A stretch of 64,000 nucleotides of DNA from assembly GCA_965267575.1 (NCBI GenBank), contig OZ254086.1, positions 3,776,001 through 3,840,000 on the forward strand, in the 5' to 3' direction. Below are positions 51,749 through 58,681 of this stretch, piece by piece (position 1 is the stretch's first letter; the number at the start of each line of letters is the position of its first letter). The DNA is from Calditrichales bacterium. GTDB taxonomy: Bacteria; Calditrichota; Calditrichia; Calditrichales; J004. The translations under genes were made by a program, and so were the position numbers. The notes under the pieces are model-generated. The model did not search any database. It worked only from the letters and a program-made list of their open reading frames with translations, and had not been told where the DNA came from.

Positions 51749-51918
51749 ATGACAAATTTTAAACTTGAATATGATAAAAATTATGGAACAGAACAAAGAA
51801 CAGGATGGACTATTGTTATACAGGGATCCGTAGCAGCCGAACTTGAAAGGTTTTTAATATAATAAAGGCTTTCTATGAATATTGGTTTGTGTGGGATAGA
51901 GATTACAGGAATTTATAA
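51749..51918 (+). pseudogene. Small AT-rich ORF interrupted by a frameshift
   Basis: GAGG-ATG 51749, stop at 51860-62; a shifted frame (IKAFYEYWFVWDRDYRNL) runs to the TAA at 51916-18 that begins array B. Confidence 0.35.
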
Positions 51919-52317
51919 CGATAAGGGTAACGCGCCGTAGAAAGCGGCGCACAGGAGGTTGATATGAACGACAAAGCAGAACCGCTTTCTACGGTCGCTG
52001 TTAACCCGCTTGTTAGCTTGGATGCTATATACCAAGCGATTTGCAAATTTATAGCAGAAACCGGACGTGAGCCGAGAAAGATACACCTGACCAAGCACGA
52101 AATTGCCTGCCTGAACCGGCAGGTTCGGGAGCACTTGATAGCAGACCGAGAGCGCGACCTGAAAGAACGATTGCGCCCCGACCTGCTGCCGCCAATGCGC
52201 GAACACCATGACATTACCTATCACGACTATGTGTATGGGGTGCAGATTGTACCAAGTGAGACTGGCGGGCATCTATCAGGCTAACATGTATTAGGTGGAA
52301 AATTTTCCATATAACAC
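51916..52317 (+). mobile_element. Cassette array B (one attC-like cassette plus 36-bp closing site)
   Basis: Hairpin 51916-52015 with 13-bp core CCGTAGAAAGCGG/CCGCTTTCTACGG; ends GTTAGCTTG/CAGGCTAAC; site 52282-52317. Confidence 0.78.
51964..52284 (+). CDS. Cassette gene, hypothetical protein
   Basis: AGGAGG SD and ATG lie inside the hairpin loop; TAA is part of the closing site. Confidence 0.7.
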   Translation: MNDKAEPLSTVAVNPLVSLDAIYQAICKFIAETGREPRKIHLTKHEIACLNRQVREHLIADRERDLKERLRPDLLPPMREHHDITYHDYVYGVQIVPSETGGHLSG

Positions 52318-52336
52318 TCAAAAAACGGAGGCAACC

Positions 52337-53026
52337 ATGATCGAGATGCAAAGAGAGATCATTAAGTTGATCAAGAAGTATAAGCCGGACCGCGAGCAGC
52401 TGACGCATGTGCTGCGTGAGGTTAAACGCGATGAGCGGGTTAAGAAGATTATCGGGCCGGTAAAAAAGCGTCGCCCGAGGCGTTTGCCGGATGTGCCCAG
52501 TGATGAGCAGATCCGTACATTGCTGGCTTCGATGGAGAAGCAGGCGCAGCTGGATTATCGGCTGATGGTGAAGATGCTGGTGTATACGGGCATGCGCAGT
52601 TTTGAGCTGACCAACCTCAAGTGGACGGATATCGACTGGGAGCGCAATCGCATTAAGGTGCGCGGCAAGGGTGATAAGGATCGCCTGGTGCCACTGGCCA
52701 AAGTGTTCCGCGATGAGCTGCTGTTGTATCGCAGTAAGAATCCACGCAACCGCTATGTGTTTGAGAGCAGGCTTAATGACAAATACAGCGAGCGTTACAT
52801 TCGCAAGGTGTTCCAGGATGCTTGCAAGAGGGCGGAGTGCGGGCGCATCCATCCCCACAGCCTGCGGCATTATTTTATCACGTACTGGACGAACCAGGGC
52901 TGGCCGGACAGGGAGGTGCAGCTGATGAGCGGGCATGAGTCGCGCAGCAGTTTGCAGATTTACCAGCATTTGGGGCTGCCCGGTATTGAGGAGAAGTTTC
53001 AGCAAAACGCGGGGGGGATGGTTTGA
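52337..53026 (+). CDS. Tyrosine recombinase, catalytic domain with short N-terminus
   Basis: TGMRSFEL (R), GKGDKDR (K), HPHSLRH, MSGH, QIY; ATG 52337 after GGAGG. Confidence 0.92.
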   Translation: MIEMQREIIKLIKKYKPDREQLTHVLREVKRDERVKKIIGPVKKRRPRRLPDVPSDEQIRTLLASMEKQAQLDYRLMVKMLVYTGMRSFELTNLKWTDIDWERNRIKVRGKGDKDRLVPLAKVFRDELLLYRSKNPRNRYVFESRLNDKYSERYIRKVFQDACKRAECGRIHPHSLRHYFITYWTNQGWPDREVQLMSGHESRSSLQIYQHLGLPGIEEKFQQNAGGMV

Positions 53027-53391
53027 AAAAGATAATGGTGTTTTTAATCTGTGCCCTGGTATTGTCTTGTGGACAACGGCAACCTGAAGTAAAAAAAGAT
53101 GTTTTCCTGTATATTTTATGGGCCGATGGAAAGCAGGAAATTTATAAAGGTGATTTTATTGACCGTCAAGGCCAAATTGAGCTAATCCGCGGTTCTAAAA
53201 TTGTGCAGGATACCGTCTACATGAAATATGACGCTTTTGCGGATATAGACAAAAGTGATTCCACCTTAACAGATAGTGGGTACGTTTATTTTCATAAAAT
53301 TAAAGATGAATATATTTACGCTATGCCGACGAATTTTGTTAAATCAAATATAAGGCAGTATTACATCACTAATCATTACTTGAGAGATTGA
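53023..53391 (+). CDS. Putative lipoprotein (AT-rich, moron-like)
   Basis: MKKIMVFLICALVLS-C lipobox. Confidence 0.65.
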   Translation: MKKIMVFLICALVLSCGQRQPEVKKDVFLYILWADGKQEIYKGDFIDRQGQIELIRGSKIVQDTVYMKYDAFADIDKSDSTLTDSGYVYFHKIKDEYIYAMPTNFVKSNIRQYYITNHYLRD

Positions 53392-53693
53392 GGGGGAGCT
53401 GTTGTAAGTATTACATGAGAATAACAAAAAGCCATAAAAGCTATTTTTATTTTTCTTTGGAGCAGTCGGATTACTGGCGCCACGGTTACACGACCTGCCG
53501 GCGTTTTTTAAACCGGCTGATGAAAGAGATACCGGGCGGGCGGCGCGGTGATCGCTTTTGGCTTAATGACATGAAAGCCTGGGCGATTCATAAGGACAGA
53601 GAGGGGGAGTTCCGGCGGCTTTTGGCGGATTATTTTGGGATGGATGAACAGAAGGATGTTTTTTATGGCGCTAACAAAAGATCAGTGGTATGA
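53388..53693 (+). CDS. Phage hypothetical protein
   Basis: Coupled ORF; start uncertain (53388 or 53415). Confidence 0.5.
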   Translation: MRGSCCKYYMRITKSHKSYFYFSLEQSDYWRHGYTTCRRFLNRLMKEIPGGRRGDRFWLNDMKAWAIHKDREGEFRRLLADYFGMDEQKDVFYGANKRSVV

Positions 53694-53865
53694 TATTTTT
53701 TACAGCGAGGAGAATGAGCGCGTGCTGCGGTCGATTCGCCAGATTGGTTATGGCGAGATAAAGATCGTTGTGCATGAGCGCCGGCCGGTGGATTTGTACC
53801 CGGCGCCAAGAATCCGTTTACAGAAGCAGAAGAAGAAGCATGCAGAAGATACTGAGCCAGTATAG
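53665..53865 (+). CDS. DUF2292/YezD-like small protein
   Basis: LRSIRQIGYGEIKIVVHERRPVDL matches the (F/Y)G-x-V/I-x-I-x-V-H pattern of this family as I recall it; AAGGA SD. Confidence 0.6.
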   Translation: MALTKDQWYDIFYSEENERVLRSIRQIGYGEIKIVVHERRPVDLYPAPRIRLQKQKKKHAEDTEPV

Positions 53866-54865
53866 TTCCTGGCTCAAAAATGAGCGCGGGTTTACCCGGG
53901 AAACAATCGAAAAGTACGTGTCGAACCTGAAAATCATGTTCAGGCAAATGCGGATCTATGACATTTCCCTGGTGAATGATATCGTGCTTAATAAAAGGCT
54001 TTTGGACCAGTTCTGGGTGGATGTTCAGGGTGAACGGCCGCTGGCGGATAGTACACGCTCCACGTATTTAAGCAGTTTAAAATCGTTTTGCAGCTATTTG
54101 TACCAACAGAACCTCATCCAGGAAGATATTGCACCCAAGATACAGATGCCCAAGAAACGGCTGCGCTATATCCGGGGATCATTATCGCAGGAAGACCAGA
54201 AGAAGTTGCGTGCCTACCTGGCTCAGAATTTAAAGACTGAGCGCGAGCTGCGGGACGCGGCGCTGGTAATGTTTTTGTGGGCTACAGGATGCAGGGTATC
54301 GGAAGCGTTGGCCCTGCGTTGCCATCCGGATAGTTATATTTACTACCATGATGCTCGTTTAATATCGGGTGATTTCCATGTGGAAGACGGTAAAGTATAT
54401 GCTCACATTATGGGTAAGGGTAAGCGGGATAGGGTGATCCGGGTAGCTGATGAAGCTGTTGCCTATTGCAACCTGTATTTGTCCAACCGTGAAAAAAAGA
54501 ATGCCATACTGTTTCAGAATTATCGCAACTACAAAAATGATGAGAGACGATTAAAGCGTGGCGGCGCTGCCCATGTGATTAAGATGGTATTGGAACGTGC
54601 CGGCATCAACAAAGAGATTGGGGTGTGTACTCACATCCTGAGACATACGGCTATCAATAACTGGCTGGAAAAGGGCTACAACGATATGCAGGTGATTACT
54701 ATGTCCGGTCATAGTGGGCCGGAAGGATTAAAACCCTATCATTTGCGTAACTATAAAGCCACAGATCCATTCGGTGAAGCAGACCAGGCAACCGGCCAGC
54801 TGGAGGATTCCAGGCTGCAGCAATTAGAGAAACTTATACTTGAAAGACATACCTTAAAGCGTTGA
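53840..54865 (+). CDS. Tyrosine recombinase, XerC/D-like with core-binding domain
   Basis: WLKNERGFTRETIEKY, ST...YLSSLKSFC.YL, RDAAL...ATGCRVSE, GKGKRDR, HILRH, MSGH, Y. Confidence 0.92.
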   Translation: MQKILSQYSSWLKNERGFTRETIEKYVSNLKIMFRQMRIYDISLVNDIVLNKRLLDQFWVDVQGERPLADSTRSTYLSSLKSFCSYLYQQNLIQEDIAPKIQMPKKRLRYIRGSLSQEDQKKLRAYLAQNLKTERELRDAALVMFLWATGCRVSEALALRCHPDSYIYYHDARLISGDFHVEDGKVYAHIMGKGKRDRVIRVADEAVAYCNLYLSNREKKNAILFQNYRNYKNDERRLKRGGAAHVIKMVLERAGINKEIGVCTHILRHTAINNWLEKGYNDMQVITMSGHSGPEGLKPYHLRNYKATDPFGEADQATGQLEDSRLQQLEKLILERHTLKR

Positions 54866-55228
54866 TTTATAACGAGTTAAGTTAGATGAAACTTGGTGTA
54901 TGATTATGATATTATTTAGAAAAAATACTGATATGACAACTTTTACTTATCTTGTGTGTTATTCGAAGTACTCCAGCAACCGAAGCCAATATTATGTTCC
55001 GATTATAGATATAAACGGAACAAATAACGATGAAGTGTTGGTCAATAAAACACCTGCAATTAACAAAACTAAAAGCAATGCGATACACAAAAAGAAAAAC
55101 AGGAACAATAAAACACCGATACCGCACGGGACAATCTTTTTAGAATCCAAGTAGGTGCAAAAAATTATATGGAAATTTTGAAGGGTAGTTAATGCTGATT
55201 TTAGCGCCAGCGCGAGGGCAACCGGCAC

Positions 55229-55337
55229 TTGAAAACAGAGCGCAAAATTACTAACCTTTGAAACATACAATCGACCGCCAAAAACTGAGCGGAGATTTGA
55301 GCATACAAAAACTGTGTGCCCAGGTCTCCGCTTTTTT
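55229..55337 (+). promoter_or_regulatory. Late promoter with leader and intrinsic terminator (copy 1)
   Basis: TTGAAA-17-TAACCT; AATCGACCG; hairpin AGCGGAGA...TCTCCGCT plus T-run; precedes terS. Confidence 0.65.
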
Positions 55338-55356
55338 GTTTTAGGGAGAAAAAAAA

Positions 55357-56112
55357 ATGGCGACAGAAAAGCAAATAGCAGCCAACCGCAAGAACGCCCA
55401 AAAGAGTACTGGCCCCAAAAGCGTAGAAGGCAAAGCCATTGCCAGCATGAACGGCGTAAAGCACGGAAAATACATTACAAAATTTAATCGCATACACGGC
55501 GAACAGGCTGGCAACCTGGCCACATGCGAACCATGCGGCGAAGACCAGCAAAATGCCTGCCGTGTGGCAAAAACCTGCATGTTGTGGGATGAACTGGCCG
55601 TTGCGTACATCAAAACGCACGAAACCAAAGACCCCAGACACATCGAAAACATCAACATCGTGCAGCTGACTACCATGGATTTCATCTTTAACCAGCGTTT
55701 GCGTTATGCGCAACAACACCTGGGCGACACAGAACCCAGCTACGACAAGGATGGCAAAGTGGTGGGTGAAAAGATGGTCATTGATACGCAATACCTGTAC
55801 ACGCTGATGAATATGGCCAAAAGCCTGAGTAAATCGCTGCCGGATATGCAGCTTACCCGCCAGACGCAGGAAAACATCGATGTGGAATGGGCGCAGCTGA
55901 TTAAAGCCGAGATCAGCCCTGAGCGCGCTGCCGAAGCAAAAGAGAAGATCATCAACCAGATGACTGAGTGGCGCAAAAGCGCAAAAGCCGGCGACCATGC
56001 CGCCGAGCTGGACGAAGCAATCAACGAATTCCGCCAAAAAGAAGATAAGGGCGAGGATGAAGATTTTACCATCGGTGATATTGGCGACGGTCCTTTTAGT
56101 AATGGCAAATAG
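55357..56112 (+). CDS. Probable terminase small subunit
   Basis: Directly upstream of and overlapping terL; N-terminus MATEKQIAANRKNAQKSTGPKS.EGK...N..KHG; AGGGAG SD. Confidence 0.6.
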   Translation: MATEKQIAANRKNAQKSTGPKSVEGKAIASMNGVKHGKYITKFNRIHGEQAGNLATCEPCGEDQQNACRVAKTCMLWDELAVAYIKTHETKDPRHIENINIVQLTTMDFIFNQRLRYAQQHLGDTEPSYDKDGKVVGEKMVIDTQYLYTLMNMAKSLSKSLPDMQLTRQTQENIDVEWAQLIKAEISPERAAEAKEKIINQMTEWRKSAKAGDHAAELDEAINEFRQKEDKGEDEDFTIGDIGDGPFSNGK

Positions 56113-57709
56113 CTCCGTCGACCAGATTGCCAACGTGGCCGATAAGGTCATCCAAAAATACAAAGACGATCCCTTCGAGCGCATGCGCATGATCTACAAC
56201 GTGGAGCTGCGCCCGTTTCAGTGGGAGTGGTTTTTTAAAATGGACACGGAGCCGGACGTGGTGGCAAAATCCTGTAAGCGTACCGGCAAATCGGTGGGCG
56301 TGCAAATAAAGAACCTGGATGAAAATGTCATCTACCCCGACGAGGAGGAAATGGTATTTGCACCCAAAAAAGAGCAGGCCCAGGAAGTGCGCCGCATCCA
56401 GAACGACATCATCGAGCGCAGCAAGGTACTGCAAGCCTACCTCAAGCGCGACGCCCAGGGCAAAAAGATTTTCGGCAAATCGGATTACGAGTTTATCAAC
56501 AACTCGCGCTCATCCTGCTTTGGCGTTACGTCAAACTTCGAAGGCTGGAACGCCACCAAACAGCACATCGATGAGACCGACGACATCCCCGCGGAATATC
56601 TTAACCGCATCCTGGGCCGCTCCATCGGCGCCAACAAAAACGGGCTTCCGTCGCGCCACCGTTTCACCGGCGTAATTTTGGGCAAACTGAACCTGTACCG
56701 CATTGAAAAAGAGTGGGGCTATTACATTCTACCGCCCGTTAATGTCTACCAGGGCATCGAAGCGGGCTACCTGGACCGCGCCGCCGTCATGCGCGACCGC
56801 CAAACCATGAGCGACGAGGAGTGGCTGCGCACCTACTGCCTTATCTACGTCGAATCGCGCAATTTTATTTATGAATCGCGCCTGCTGCTCAGCCAGCAAA
56901 TCGGCATGAAATGGAACGTAAACCCCATACCGCCCTCGCCCGGGCTGTACCGCAAAAAGGAAGGCGAAGTGCTGGCCTTTGGTTTGGACATGGGCGCGCA
57001 GGGTGCCGGGGAAGACGCCTCCGATTACTCGCTGCAGGTCACCTCAAGCATCGGGCCGTACCGCCGCTGGCTTTACAGCAAAACATGGCCCGGAACCACA
57101 GACCCCGAAGTGCTGATCAACGATGTCTGCAATCTGTGGAGTTTTTTCCAGCCCAATGGCGGCTATGCCGATGCCCTGCAGGCCAACCTCGTCGCCCAGA
57201 TAAACGACCGCCTCTACGAGCTGGGCTATACCTCCTACAACTGGCGCATCCTGGGCGCCAACGAGCTGGAAGGATGGCCAAAGTGGGCCAAGCGCGGACT
57301 GATGGCGCCGGTAAACAACAGCGGGCGCATGAAGCACCATATGTACAACAGCCTGAAAAACGCCATCGACAACTGCATGGCGCTGGCTAAAAACGGCACG
57401 GTAAACGGCAACATCTTCATCTTCCCGCAGGTGGATCGCAAAAAAGCCGAGCACCTGGAGCACCATAAAGAGTTGCTGATCCTGCAGCGCGAACTGGCCA
57501 ACCTGCAGGCCGAGCGCACCAATGCCGGTTATTACAAAATCAGCAGGATCACAAAAAAAATCGAAGATCCCACATTGCGCTTTAAAGGCAGCCGCAAGCT
57601 GGGTGATGACCGCGCCGACGCTTTGGCCATGGCCAATCACTTTCTCGATTTTCTGCAAGTAAAAAACCGCCGCGTGGGTGTCCAGGTGGCTTACATACCG
57701 GGAGTATAA
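56102..57709 (+). CDS. Terminase large subunit
   Basis: LRPFQ motif, Walker A-like KRTGKS, Walker B HIDE, nuclease FGLDMG...D and DDRADAL; start placed at ATG 56102. Confidence 0.8.
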   Translation: MANSSVDQIANVADKVIQKYKDDPFERMRMIYNVELRPFQWEWFFKMDTEPDVVAKSCKRTGKSVGVQIKNLDENVIYPDEEEMVFAPKKEQAQEVRRIQNDIIERSKVLQAYLKRDAQGKKIFGKSDYEFINNSRSSCFGVTSNFEGWNATKQHIDETDDIPAEYLNRILGRSIGANKNGLPSRHRFTGVILGKLNLYRIEKEWGYYILPPVNVYQGIEAGYLDRAAVMRDRQTMSDEEWLRTYCLIYVESRNFIYESRLLLSQQIGMKWNVNPIPPSPGLYRKKEGEVLAFGLDMGAQGAGEDASDYSLQVTSSIGPYRRWLYSKTWPGTTDPEVLINDVCNLWSFFQPNGGYADALQANLVAQINDRLYELGYTSYNWRILGANELEGWPKWAKRGLMAPVNNSGRMKHHMYNSLKNAIDNCMALAKNGTVNGNIFIFPQVDRKKAEHLEHHKELLILQRELANLQAERTNAGYYKISRITKKIEDPTLRFKGSRKLGDDRADALAMANHFLDFLQVKNRRVGVQVAYIPGV

Positions 57710-58405
57710 CGGACGAGCCTTAAGCGCCGCTGAAATGATAACTTAAATATAAAATACTATGATAGAATCCAATCAGACTACCAAAACCGAGGACGCGACA
57801 GCGTCCGACTTAAAGGCATTGTTAGGTGGCCGCGAATTAGATGCAGAAATTGCTAAAAGACTACTTGGTTGGAGACCGACAAAAGTTGGCAAGGATGCGA
57901 GCGGGAAAAATGAATGCGAAATACTAACGCCTGATGGAACGCTGGATTGTTTAGGTGATTATAAGCTACCACCAAAAGGGAAACTGCACGAAGCATTTTT
58001 GGTACCTGCTTTTCACAGGGAGCTTGACGAAGCTATTCGGTTATGCCGAAGATTTGGGAAAGGCACGATTGAAATTGATGGAGATATTCGCAACTTGCCA
58101 ACGAAAATTTGTAGAAGGCTATTAGCAGAGGCCACCTAACGGCTAATATTCAGGCGCCGCGAATGGCGCCAGATTAAATAATTCCGATGCGCATGTAGCG
58201 GTCGGCTGCAATATTTTGTTAGAATTTTGGAAAGAGATATTGATATGAGAAATTGTATCAGCAATAAGATAGCGAAAGGGCAGCGTCGGACTATCCCTGC
58301 CACATTGTCGACGGACAGTGGTGTAAGCTGTGAGAACTGCCTATCTCTTTCCATTTTTAACCAAAATTATAACATGTATTAGGTGGAAAATTTTCCATAT
58401 AACAC
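57707..58405 (+). mobile_element. Cassette array C (two attC-like cassettes plus 36-bp closing site) between terL and portal
   Basis: Hairpins 57707-57824 and 58137-58221; ends GTTAGGTGGCC/GGCCACCTAAC and GTTAGAATTTTGG/CCAAAATTATAAC; site 58370-58405 identical to 52282-52317. Confidence 0.8.
57759..58139 (+). CDS. Cassette gene, phage ABA-sandwich-like protein
   Basis: GRELDAEIAKRLLGW...VPAFHRELDEA...LPTKICR..L pattern; ATG lies inside the hairpin loop. Confidence 0.65.
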   Translation: MIESNQTTKTEDATASDLKALLGGRELDAEIAKRLLGWRPTKVGKDASGKNECEILTPDGTLDCLGDYKLPPKGKLHEAFLVPAFHRELDEAIRLCRRFGKGTIEIDGDIRNLPTKICRRLLAEAT

Positions 58406-58450
58406 GCAAATGAAAGAAAAAAAAGCAAAAAATAAACCTGGAAAAAATAA

Positions 58451-58681
58451 ATGGAAACAACCATCAAAAGCCTCATCAACGATCGGGTAGCGCTTAACGA
58501 TTACGTGGAAATCCGCACCGAGCTGGGCGAGTTCACCGGAAAAGTGGTCGAAATGCAAACCGACTTCATTGCCGTGCGCTTTGCCGACCTAAGCGACGAA
58601 GACAAAGCGGTATTCTACACCAGCTACATCGACCTTGATGACATTATCACCTTCACCGTAAAGGAAATCATGCCATGCTAA
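58451..58681 (+). CDS. Phage hypothetical protein (possible Sm/LSm-like beta fold)
   Basis: VEIRTELGEFTGKVVEMQTDFIAV...YIDLDDIITF. Confidence 0.6.
   Translation: METTIKSLINDRVALNDYVEIRTELGEFTGKVVEMQTDFIAVRFADLSDEDKAVFYTSYIDLDDIITFTVKEIMPC

Noticed and set aside
52337..54865. Calling the region a classical integron with intI
   Set aside because: Neither recombinase shows the IntI-specific insertion, and the cassettes are split over three separate sites.
50723..56190. Long minus-strand ORFs in the prophage (50723-51796, 52214-53005, 55201-56190) and similar shadows over host genes
   Set aside because: They are antisense to well-supported genes and have no recognisable motifs; they arise from codon bias.
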